From positions 1,056,001-1,120,000 of the forward strand of contig OY761614.1 in the NCBI GenBank assembly GCA_963664825.1: a DNA stretch of 64,000 nt, written 5' to 3'. The notes under the pieces were generated by a model, which made no database searches, had not been told where the DNA came from, and was given only the letters and a program-made list of their open reading frames with translations. This document shows, piece by piece, positions 55,869 to 64,000 of the stretch (position 1 is its first letter; each line of letters starts with the position of its first letter). The DNA comes from an uncultured Holophaga sp. (GTDB lineage Bacteria > Acidobacteriota > Holophagae > Holophagales > Holophagaceae). The position numbers and the translations under genes are program-made.

Positions 55869-58328
55869 ATGGCCCTAAGCCGCACCGCTCTTTCCCTTCT
55901 CGCCGCTGTCCTGGTGGCTGGCCCCATGCTCGCCCAGGAGCACCACTTCGCCAAAGAGGCGGCCCCGCTACAATCAGCGCGCTCCCGCGCCCTGGAGCTC
56001 CGCCAGAGCCTCGGCCTGGACAGCCGCCACGACTTCGCCATCCGCCGCGGCCACACGGATGCCCTCGGCCAAACCCACGCCCGCCTGGATCAGTTGTTCC
56101 AGGGCGTGCGCGTCTGGGGCGGGGAGCTGATCACCCATGTCGACGCCGATGGCACCCAGCGGCCCATGACCAAGGAACTCCGCCATGGCATCGGCATCTC
56201 CGTCGAGCCCTCCCTGGCTTCCACGGAAGCGCTGGCTCTGGTCCACGCGGACCTTAATCCCAAGGGACCCTACGCCTACGCCCCCACCGCGGAACTGGTC
56301 ATCTATCCCCTGGAATCCGGGTACACCCTCGCCTACCACATCCACACCCAACTGGAGAATGGCGTCGGGGAGACCGCCCACACCGATTACATGATCGATG
56401 CCCACACCGGCGCCATCCTCCAGAAGTGGTCGACCCTCCACACCACCGACGCCACGGGTTCGGGCATTTCTCAGTACAGCGGCACCGTCGCCATCCACAC
56501 GAACCTCAGCGGCTCCACCTACCAGCTGTACGACGTCTACCGTGCGATGAACATCAAGACCTACAACCTGAACCACGCCACCAGCGGCACGGGCACCCTC
56601 TACACGGACGCCGACAACACCTGGGGCGATGGCACCAACTATCCCACCGGCACCGGCACCTCCACCACCGGCGCCACTGGCCAGACGGCCGCCGTCGATG
56701 CCCACTACGGCATCGAAATGACCTATGACTTCTACAAGAATCTCCTCGGACGCAATGGCATCGATGGCAACAACAAGGCCACCTACAGCCGGGTCCACTA
56801 CAGCTCCTCCTATGACAATGCCTTCTGGGACGACACCTGCTTCTGCATGACCTACGGGGATGGCAGCAGCTTCAAGAGCCTGGAATCCATGGACGTGGCC
56901 GGTCACGAGATGAGCCACGGCGTCTGTTCCAACACGGCCAACCTCAACTACAGCGGCGAACCCGGTGGCCTCAACGAAGCCAATTCCGATATGTTCGGCA
57001 ACATGGTCGAACTCTACGCCCGGAATGGCGGCAGCCTCCCGGCCACCGTGGCCAACACGGACGGCTGCTGGACCGTGGGCGAACAGCTAAGCTCCACGCC
57101 CCTGCGCTACATGTACAAGCCCAGCCTGGACGGTTCCAGCCCCAACGCCTGGAGCAGTTCGGTCGGCAACCTGAACGTGCACTACAGCTCTGGCCCTGCC
57201 AATCGCATGTTCTTCTTCCTGAGCCAGGGCGCCAGCAGCACCAGCAGCAGCAACTACTACAGCAGCTACGCCCCCAGTGGCTTTACCGGCATCGGCCCAG
57301 AAAAGGCCATCCGCATCTGGTATCGGGCTCTCAGCACCTACATGACGAGCACCACCAAGTATGCGGGCGCCCGCACCGCTTGCCTCAGCGCAGCCACCGA
57401 TCTCTATGGCGCCTCCAGTGCCGAATACGCGGCCGTCCAGAACGCCTTCGGTGCCATCAACGTCGGTTCCCTGGCTCCCACGGGCGTGACCGTGACCATT
57501 AGCCCCACCACGGCTACCGTGGCTACGGGCGCCACCTATCAGTTCACGGCTAGCATCAGCGGCAGCACCACGACCACCGTCACCTGGACGACCACCGGCG
57601 GCACCGTCAGCACGAGCGGCCTCTTCACCGCTCCCACCACCGCCGGGACCTACACCGTGACGGCCACCTCCACCGCCGACACCACCAAGTCCGCTTCAGC
57701 CACCGTCACCGTAACGGCCGCTGGTAGCGTGAGCGTGACCATCACGCCCACCACGGCCACCCTCGCCACCGGCGCCACCCAGCAGTTCACGGCCACCGTC
57801 AGCGGCAGCACCACGACCACCGTCACCTGGACGACCACCGGCGGCACCGTGAGCACCAGCGGCCTCTACACCGCTCCCACCACGGCCGGGACCTACACGG
57901 TGAAGGCCACTTCCACCGCCGACACCACCAAGTCCGCCAGCGCCACCGTCACCGTGACCGCCAGCACCGGCACCACCTATGCCGAGGTCGAGAATAACGG
58001 CACCCTCGCCACCGCCAACGCCGTGGCCGATACCGTCAAGACCATCACCGGCTACATCGGCACAACGAACGACAACGACTACTTCAAGGTGAAGGTGCCC
58101 GGGAAAACGACCCTCAAGGTCGCCATGACGGGCCCCTCCGGCAAGGACTACGATCTCTACCTCTACAACGCCTCCGGCACCAAACTGAAGAGCAGCCTCG
58201 GCTCCGGATGCACGGAGAGCGTCTCCTACACGAACTCCAGCTCCTCGGCGGCCTACTACTACATCCGCGTCTACGGATACAGTGGCTACTCGACCACCTC
58301 GGGCTACACGCTGACCCTCACCCGCTAG
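55869..58328 (+). CDS. Secreted M4 metallopeptidase, tandem paralog of 53141-55603
   Basis: Same architecture and motifs (HEMSH, GGLNEANSD); start MALSRTAL after GGAG. Confidence 0.95.
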   Translation: MALSRTALSLLAAVLVAGPMLAQEHHFAKEAAPLQSARSRALELRQSLGLDSRHDFAIRRGHTDALGQTHARLDQLFQGVRVWGGELITHVDADGTQRPMTKELRHGIGISVEPSLASTEALALVHADLNPKGPYAYAPTAELVIYPLESGYTLAYHIHTQLENGVGETAHTDYMIDAHTGAILQKWSTLHTTDATGSGISQYSGTVAIHTNLSGSTYQLYDVYRAMNIKTYNLNHATSGTGTLYTDADNTWGDGTNYPTGTGTSTTGATGQTAAVDAHYGIEMTYDFYKNLLGRNGIDGNNKATYSRVHYSSSYDNAFWDDTCFCMTYGDGSSFKSLESMDVAGHEMSHGVCSNTANLNYSGEPGGLNEANSDMFGNMVELYARNGGSLPATVANTDGCWTVGEQLSSTPLRYMYKPSLDGSSPNAWSSSVGNLNVHYSSGPANRMFFFLSQGASSTSSSNYYSSYAPSGFTGIGPEKAIRIWYRALSTYMTSTTKYAGARTACLSAATDLYGASSAEYAAVQNAFGAINVGSLAPTGVTVTISPTTATVATGATYQFTASISGSTTTTVTWTTTGGTVSTSGLFTAPTTAGTYTVTATSTADTTKSASATVTVTAAGSVSVTITPTTATLATGATQQFTATVSGSTTTTVTWTTTGGTVSTSGLYTAPTTAGTYTVKATSTADTTKSASATVTVTASTGTTYAEVENNGTLATANAVADTVKTITGYIGTTNDNDYFKVKVPGKTTLKVAMTGPSGKDYDLYLYNASGTKLKSSLGSGCTESVSYTNSSSSAAYYYIRVYGYSGYSTTSGYTLTLTR
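57483..57968 (+). repeat. Two tandem 243-bp Ig-like repeats in protease 2
   Basis: Units 57483-57725 and 57726-57968. Confidence 0.9.
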
Positions 58329-58343
58329 ATAAAACCTCAGGGA

Positions 58344-58373
58344 GAAAGAGGCCGCCCCTGGGCGGCCTCTTTC
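58344..58373 (+). terminator. Terminator after protease 2 (possibly bidirectional)
   Basis: GAAAGAGGCCGCCC-CT-GGGCGGCCTCTTTC. Confidence 0.8.
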
Positions 58374-58521
58374 CGTGGTTGAGCCGAATCGGGAGCACTC
58401 AGGGGGCCGCAGGCCGATCGCACGGACGATGAAGGTTCTACTTCCGGACGTGAGCCCGGAGCAGGAGCGGAGGGCCACCGTCGCGCAGGAGGTGCGGCCG
58501 TGATGAATGCGATGCCCCTTC

Positions 58522-58866
58522 CTACTTCTTGAAGGTGAAGAAGACAGCCCCCAGGAGACAGAAGGCCGCGTAGAGGTGGTTCAGCGTGAGCCTCTCCTTC
58601 ATGTACCACGCGGCAAAACCCGCGAAGACCGTCAGTGTCACCACCTCCTGGATCACCTTGAGCTGGGGCAGCGTGTAGCGGCCAAAGCCCAGGCGATTGG
58701 CGGGCACCATCAGGGTGTATTCGAAGAACGCAATGCCCCAGCTCACCAGGATCGCGATCCACAGAGGGCTGGCCCGGAAATGTCTCAGGTGCCCGTACCA
58801 AGCGAAGGTCATAAATATGTTGCTGATCACCAGCAACAAGATCGGGAAATAGGTCCGGATCGTCAC
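58522..58866 (-). CDS. Small DMT-superfamily membrane protein (DMT_6-like)
   Basis: SNIFMTFAWYGHL, SWGIAFFEY, PANRLG, QLKVIQEV. Confidence 0.88.
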   Translation of the reverse strand: MTIRTYFPILLLVISNIFMTFAWYGHLRHFRASPLWIAILVSWGIAFFEYTLMVPANRLGFGRYTLPQLKVIQEVVTLTVFAGFAAWYMKERLTLNHLYAAFCLLGAVFFTFKK

Positions 58867-58894
58867 GATCTCATTCCATCAGCGGTTCCCTCGA

Positions 58895-60514
58895 CTACCT
58901 CGCGTACTCCACGGCCCGGGTCTCGCGCATGACCGTCACCTTGATCTGGCCGGGATACTGCATTTCGGCCTCGACGCGCTTGGAGACGTCCTTGGCGATC
59001 CAGTAGGCTTGGTCGTCATTGACCTGGCCCGCGTCCACAAGGATGCGGATCTCGCGTCCCGCCTGCATGGCGTAGCTCTTCTGCACGCCCTTGTAAGAGT
59101 TGGCGATGCCCTCGAGCTGCTCGAGACGCTTGACGTAGGTCTCCAGCATTTCCCGGCGGGCACCGGGCCGGGCCGCGCTGAGGGCATCGGCAGCCGTGAT
59201 GAGCATGGCTTCGACGGTCCTGGGCTCGTGATCCCCGTGGTGGCAGCTCATGGCGTGGATGACATCATCCTTTTCGCCAAAGCGCTTCAGGAGATCCATG
59301 CCGATCTCGATGTGGGTGCCCTCCACCTCCCGATCGATGGCCTTGCCGATATCGTGGAAGAGCCCAGCCCGCCGCGCCAGCTTGGCATTCGCACCCATTT
59401 CCACAGCCATGTATTCGGCGATGTGGGCCACTTCCTTGGTGTGTTCCAGGACGTTCTGGCCGTAGCTGGTGCGGTAATTCAGACGCCCAATGAGCTTGTG
59501 CAGCTTGGGATGGACATCCGGGAAGCCCATGGCGATGGCCGCGCTCTCGCCGAGTTCCTTGAGGTGCTGATCCATGTCGATCTTGGTCTTCTCGACGACC
59601 TCCTCAATGCGGGCAGGGTGGATGCGGCCGTCGGCCAGGAGCTTGAGGATGGCCTGACGGGCCACTTCGCGGCGGATGGGATCGAAGCTCGAGACCACGA
59701 TGGACTCGGGCGTGTCGTCCACGATGAGATCGCAGCCGGTGGCCTTCTCCAGGGCGCGGATATTGCGGCCCTCACGCCCGATGATGCGTCCCTTCAGATC
59801 ATCCGAAGGGAGCTGCACGGAACTGACCGCCGCCTCGGAGATCACATCGGAGGCCACCCGCTGGATGGCCGCTCCGATGGTCCAGCGAGCCTTCTTCTGG
59901 GCCTCTTCCTGAGCCTCCTCCTCGATGCGGCGCACCATCTTGGCGGCGTCCATCTTGGCGGTGTACTCCAACTGGCCGATGATCTCGGCCTTGGCCTCGT
60001 CCCGGGTGAGTCCCGCTAACTCCTCAAGCTTGCGAGACTGTTCCTCCACCAGCTTCTTGGCCTCCGTGCGCAGGGCCTCCAGCTTCTCCTGCTCCTCTCG
60101 GGTCCTCTCGGTCTTGAGTTCCAGTTCCTTGGCCTTCTGCTCGGCCTGGGTCAGCTTCTTGTCGAGGCTCTCCTCCTTCTGCTGGAGGCGCTGGCCCTGT
60201 TTATCCAGGTTGCCCATGCGCTCGTTGACGAGGGTCTCGGCCTCCTGACGGGCCTGGATGGACTGTTCCTTAGCCTTGAGTTCGGCTTCCTTCCGGAGGG
60301 CATCGGCCTCCCGCTGGCCCCGCTCCAGGGTCCGGGCGGCCTCCTTCTCGGCGGCCAGCAGGGTCTTCTCCCGCTGAACCTTGAGATCCTCCTCGGCCTT
60401 GGAGGTGGCCTTGGAGACATCCACCACGGCCTCCTGTGCCTTCTTCATCTGAAGAAGAAACCCGGCGCAGGCCGCCACGGCAATGATCAACAGAATCAAA
60501 TCGAGCGCATTCAT
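58895..60514 (-). CDS. rny: Ribonuclease Y
   Basis: N-terminal TM helix, coiled coil, KH (KGRIIGREGRNIR), HD (GLFHDIGKA), ADALSAARPGAR. Confidence 0.97.
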   Translation of the reverse strand: MNALDLILLIIAVAACAGFLLQMKKAQEAVVDVSKATSKAEEDLKVQREKTLLAAEKEAARTLERGQREADALRKEAELKAKEQSIQARQEAETLVNERMGNLDKQGQRLQQKEESLDKKLTQAEQKAKELELKTERTREEQEKLEALRTEAKKLVEEQSRKLEELAGLTRDEAKAEIIGQLEYTAKMDAAKMVRRIEEEAQEEAQKKARWTIGAAIQRVASDVISEAAVSSVQLPSDDLKGRIIGREGRNIRALEKATGCDLIVDDTPESIVVSSFDPIRREVARQAILKLLADGRIHPARIEEVVEKTKIDMDQHLKELGESAAIAMGFPDVHPKLHKLIGRLNYRTSYGQNVLEHTKEVAHIAEYMAVEMGANAKLARRAGLFHDIGKAIDREVEGTHIEIGMDLLKRFGEKDDVIHAMSCHHGDHEPRTVEAMLITAADALSAARPGARREMLETYVKRLEQLEGIANSYKGVQKSYAMQAGREIRILVDAGQVNDDQAYWIAKDVSKRVEAEMQYPGQIKVTVMRETRAVEYAR

Positions 60515-60556
60515 CGGCTACCCCTTGAGTGAAAGGAGCCGCCAACATGTCCAAGA

Positions 60557-60734
60557 AATCAGGATCCCCGCTCAGTCGTGGAGGCTTGCCAGTTCCCTAG
60601 TGAATAGGGGGGTGGTCAGAAACCCGGTTTAAGGCGCTCCGTCGCGCGGTGCGCACAAGGCCGGGGGAAGGCCTCCCTGGCTTAATTACGGAACAAGCGC
60701 TCGGCCATGTCACGGGCCTCGCAGGGATCAGATT
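60557..60734 (-). ncRNA. ssrS: 6S RNA
   Basis: About 180-nt rod with closing stem AATCTGATCCCTGC/GCGGGGATCCTGATT in the classic zapA-6S-rny position. Confidence 0.8.
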
Positions 60735-60747
60735 CAAACTCGGATCC

Positions 60748-61116
60748 TCAATCACCCTCAGGAAAGAGGGGACCGGGAGCGAGAGGTTCATCCGGAACAT
60801 CATCGAGCAGTTTCGTCAGTTTCTGTTCCAGATCCTGGGTGTGCTGGCTGGCTTCCTGTTCCGAACGCACCAATCGATGAGCTAGGTTCAGGGCCCCCAT
60901 CAGCATCCAGGTCGAAGTGTCCAGGGCCGATGGCAGACCCCCCCATCTTAGCGCATAGGCCTGTTCCATGTCCCGGAAGGTCTGCTCCAGAAGTGCCACG
61001 GCCCGGGCCAGGGACTCCTCATTTTCCTGGGTGTGAACCCTCAGGGTGTGGCCCAACACTTCAACCCGGAGCTCGCCCGGTCCGGCGGGAGTGACTTCGT
61101 TCAGGATAAGGGTCAC
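60748..61116 (-). CDS. zapA: Cell division protein ZapA
   Basis: VEVLGHTLRV...LMGALNLA plus coiled coil; synteny after pheT. Confidence 0.8.
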   Translation of the reverse strand: MTLILNEVTPAGPGELRVEVLGHTLRVHTQENEESLARAVALLEQTFRDMEQAYALRWGGLPSALDTSTWMLMGALNLAHRLVRSEQEASQHTQDLEQKLTKLLDDVPDEPLAPGPLFPEGD

Positions 61117-61349
61117 GCAATGTCCTCGAGCGTCTTGATGATGGCTTCGACCTGCAGACGGATCTCGTCTCGTTCCTTGACCAGCAAAGCCTTCTCGCTC
61201 TGGAGGTCCTCCAGGCGGCGGCGCAGGCCCTGGAGTTCCTGCTCCATGGGCTCGCGCTCCCCCCGGAGACGCTCCACATCCTCCTTCAACGTGTTCCGCT
61301 GCTGGACGAGCGTGTGGAGCTTGGCTTCGAGCTGATTGAGGATATCCAT
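61113..61349 (-). CDS. zapB: ZapB-like coiled-coil protein
   Basis: MDILNQLEAKL..., entirely coiled coil, between pheT and zapA. Confidence 0.7.
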   Translation of the reverse strand: MDILNQLEAKLHTLVQQRNTLKEDVERLRGEREPMEQELQGLRRRLEDLQSEKALLVKERDEIRLQVEAIIKTLEDIA

Positions 61350-61371
61350 GGCGTGCCCCTAGACGATCAGT

Positions 61372-63309
61372 TTAGCCCCGTAATCCCGCGCCGAGGGCTC
61401 GAGCTGCTTCCAGTGCCACCTCCGTCCAGCCATCCACCTCTTCTGAGGTCAAGGTGCGGTCCAGGGCCTGGAAGCGCAGGCGCATCAGCCAGGCCTGCCG
61501 ACCCGCCGGAAGGCTCTTGTGGCGGAAGACATCCACACAGCTCAGGCCTCGGAAGATCTCCCCTGCGGCCCCTCGGGCAGCGGCGGACATGGCCCCCTCC
61601 AGGCTGCGGTAGGACTGGGCGAGGTCCACCAGCAGCGAGAGATCCCGCTCCATCACGGGAAAACGGCTGAAGGCCTTGAATACGGGGATGATGCGTTCCG
61701 CGTGCTGGGGGAGGCTCGAAAGGGGGATCTCCAGGGCCAGCATGCCCTCCCCCAAGTCCCTCACTTCCGGGACGCCTTGGGCCCCGAGATCCTGGGCGAT
61801 GCCCAGCAGATCGGCGGCCTGGACGGGCCGCGCCCGGTTCAGGTAATCGTTCCCCCCCAGCGTTCCAGCCCAGACCAGGGCCAACACCGGAAGCTCGGTC
61901 GGCCCCTGGGGACCGCTCCGATAGACGGGCGCGATCTCGAAGAGCTTCACCTCCTGGGCGCCCTGACGGAAATTCAGCGCCCCAATGACCTTCAGCGAAG
62001 GCAAGAGGGAAGCGCGCATGACGGAATACTCCTGCCCCAGGGGATTGGCGAGGGTCCGCCCCGCGGCCGGGTTATCGGGAGCCGCGAAGGGCGCATCGGC
62101 CTCGGGACTGATGAAACCCAGGGTGACGGTCTGATGGAAACCCGCGTGGGCGAGGCGTCTGGCGAGATCCCGGTTCTGCAGGTAGGCCTGGGAAAGCGGC
62201 AGGGGCGAACCCTCCATGGGGGGCAGGGCCGACCCAATCCGGTCGTAGCCTCGCAGCCGCAGCACCTCCTCGGCCAGATCCTCCTCGATGGCGAGATCGT
62301 GACGCCAGGTGGGAGGCATCACCCGGAGCGCGCCGGGCTGGATATCCACGCGGCAACCGAGACGCTTCAGAAAATCGGCCGCCTCTTCCAGGGGAATGGC
62401 TTCGCCGTTGATGCGGTCCAGGGCCTCGCTCCCGAAGTCGATAGCCTCCAGCCGCTGGGGAATCGCTCCCACGGACCAGGCCCCCTTCAGGGTGGCCCCC
62501 GCCCAGGCCTGAAGCCTCACCACCAGAAGATCCCGGGCAATGGCCGCCATGGCAGGATCCACGCCGCGTCCGTAGCGATAGGAGGCATCGCTGTGCAGAC
62601 CATGGTGATGGGCCATGCGGCGCACCACCCGCGGATCGAAGTAGGCGCTCTCCAGGAGCACGCGCCGGGTGGTCCCGGTGACCTTGGTGGCATCGCCTCC
62701 CATGACGCCCGCCAGGGCGATGGGACCGCCCTCGTCGGCGATGAGGAGATCCTCCGGCCCGAGCTTCCGATCCAGGCCGTCCAATGTAACCAGCTTCTCA
62801 CCACTCCGAGCCCAGCGCACGATGAGGGCGCCCTTCAGCTTGTCGGCATCGAAGGCGTGGGTCGGGTGACCGTAGCGATGGAGCAGCTCGTTCGAGGCGT
62901 CGACGGCCGGGAGCTGTTTGGCGTTGGAACTCATGGAGGCCAGAAATGACACCACCGATTCAGGCGTGCCCTGATTCATGCCGAGCTCCAGGATGGCCGT
63001 GCAGTAGAGCGGGCAGGCCTCCGTTTCCAGGCGCACGGGGAAGAGGGGGGCACCTTCCGGAAGAGGCTCATGGGCGATGGGCGACAGGCAAGCGTTCTGC
63101 TGGGCCGCCAGATCCCGGGCAAGGCCCCGATGGGAGAGGGCATCGCCGCGGTTGGCCGTCACATCCACATCCAGAATGACCTGGCCGTTGCGCTCCTCGA
63201 CCCCATCGACGGGAAAGCCAAGGGAAGCCAGCAGCTCGCAGAGTTCCACCGTGCCGAGACCAGCAATCGCGGGCAATTCCGCGTGAAGAGCATGTCGTTC
63301 GATGAGCAT
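61372..63309 (-). CDS. pheT: Phenylalanine--tRNA ligase beta subunit (short form)
   Basis: TANRGDALSHRGLARD, LAGVMGG, RHDLAIEEDLAEEV, SRFPVMERDLS, DRTLT. Confidence 0.95.
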   Translation of the reverse strand: MLIERHALHAELPAIAGLGTVELCELLASLGFPVDGVEERNGQVILDVDVTANRGDALSHRGLARDLAAQQNACLSPIAHEPLPEGAPLFPVRLETEACPLYCTAILELGMNQGTPESVVSFLASMSSNAKQLPAVDASNELLHRYGHPTHAFDADKLKGALIVRWARSGEKLVTLDGLDRKLGPEDLLIADEGGPIALAGVMGGDATKVTGTTRRVLLESAYFDPRVVRRMAHHHGLHSDASYRYGRGVDPAMAAIARDLLVVRLQAWAGATLKGAWSVGAIPQRLEAIDFGSEALDRINGEAIPLEEAADFLKRLGCRVDIQPGALRVMPPTWRHDLAIEEDLAEEVLRLRGYDRIGSALPPMEGSPLPLSQAYLQNRDLARRLAHAGFHQTVTLGFISPEADAPFAAPDNPAAGRTLANPLGQEYSVMRASLLPSLKVIGALNFRQGAQEVKLFEIAPVYRSGPQGPTELPVLALVWAGTLGGNDYLNRARPVQAADLLGIAQDLGAQGVPEVRDLGEGMLALEIPLSSLPQHAERIIPVFKAFSRFPVMERDLSLLVDLAQSYRSLEGAMSAAARGAAGEIFRGLSCVDVFRHKSLPAGRQAWLMRLRFQALDRTLTSEEVDGWTEVALEAARALGAGLRG

Positions 63310-64000
63310 CAGTCAAGCCCTCCCATGGCCTTGAGGAAGCGCTGGTCGTTTTCGAAGAAGAGGCGTAAATCCGGTGTCTGACTCACCATCATGGCCGTGC
63401 GTTCCACGCCCATTCCGAAGGCAAAACCGCTCCAGGTCTTCGGATCGAGTCCGGCATAGGTGAGCACGTTGGGATGGAGCACACCGGCGCCCAGGATCTC
63501 CACCCAACCACTGCCCTTGCAGACCCGGCAACCGGAACCGCCACAGAGTGGACAGCGCACGTCCACTTCGCAACCGGGTTCGACGAAGGGGAAGTAGCTG
63601 GGCCGGAAGCGCACGTCGGCTGCGGGGCCGAAGAGGGCCTTCATGGCATAGGCCAGCGTGCCCTTCAGATGCTGCATACCGATGCCGTGGCCCACCAGCA
63701 TGCCCTCCACCTGGTGGAACATGGGGCTATGGGTGGGATCGATCTCATCCTTGCGGTAGACGCGCCCCGGCGCGAGGAAGCGGATGCCGCCGGTCTGTTC
63801 AATATCCATCGCGAGGCGCTTGAGCACGCGCACCTGAACGGGGCTGGTGTGTGTGCGGAGCAGGCGCCCCTGGTGGGCGGCGAAGTAGAAGGTGTCGGCA
63901 CTGCCGCGGGCCGGATGATCCTCGGGAATATTCAGCCCGTCGAAGTTATTGGCTTCGGTCTCGGCTTCCGGCCCCTCTTCCACGTGATAACCCAGGGGAC
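63309..64000 (-). CDS. pheS: Phenylalanine--tRNA ligase alpha subunit (5' end outside the window)
   Basis: HPAR..DTFY, LRTHTSPVQ, FHQVEG, YFPFVEP, GFAFGMGVER. Confidence 0.97.
   Translation of the reverse strand, partial: PLGYHVEEGPEAETEANNFDGLNIPEDHPARGSADTFYFAAHQGRLLRTHTSPVQVRVLKRLAMDIEQTGGIRFLAPGRVYRKDEIDPTHSPMFHQVEGMLVGHGIGMQHLKGTLAYAMKALFGPAADVRFRPSYFPFVEPGCEVDVRCPLCGGSGCRVCKGSGWVEILGAGVLHPNVLTYAGLDPKTWSGFAFGMGVERTAMMVSQTPDLRLFFENDQRFLKAMGGLD

Noticed and set aside
53039..56918. 1005-aa and 314-aa Gly/Ala/Val-rich minus-strand ORFs
   Set aside because: Antisense mirror of the Thr/Ser-rich protease genes
54755..57968. Repeated ACCACC-rich blocks as a possible CRISPR array or DGR template/variable repeat pair
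   Set aside because: They are in-frame protein domain repeats; no spacers, no cas or reverse transcriptase gene, and differences do not appear adenine-specific by eye
58429..58503. 24-aa ORF MKVLLPDVSPEQERRATVAQEVRP, or a fluoride-riboswitch-like GATGAAGGTTC
   Set aside because: No convincing RBS, no downstream gene on that strand, and the riboswitch pairing elements are absent

Overview
High-GC bacterial chromosomal window, most consistent with Acidobacteriota, probably Holophagae (Geothrix/Holophaga-like). That assignment is inferred from the Cys-rich N-terminal insert in RpoB, the short PheT and the overall gene style, not from a database search. Most of the window is housekeeping: pyrC, pnp, the tRNA-Tyr/Gly/Thr-tuf-rpmG-tRNA-Trp-secE-nusG-rplKAJL-rpoBC cluster, rlmB, two convergent glutamine synthetases, nadA, modABC, an EF-P paralog, an rsgA-like gene, purH, alaS and pheST-zapB-zapA-6S RNA-rny. 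I found no transposase, integrase, prophage or CRISPR array. Two accessory signals stand out. (1) A translationally coupled three-gene module at 1735-4897 encodes a small YVDPG membrane peptide, a membrane-anchored Thr-nucleophile sulfatase-like protein and an Stf3-like sulfotransferase. (2) Two tandem secreted M4 proteases have otherwise diverged upstream regions that both keep a direct-repeat box and a covarying hairpin/pseudoknot next to the ribosome-binding site, a candidate undescribed cis-regulatory RNA. Several proteins have also lost their canonical cofactor motifs. All start codons and product calls were made by eye.
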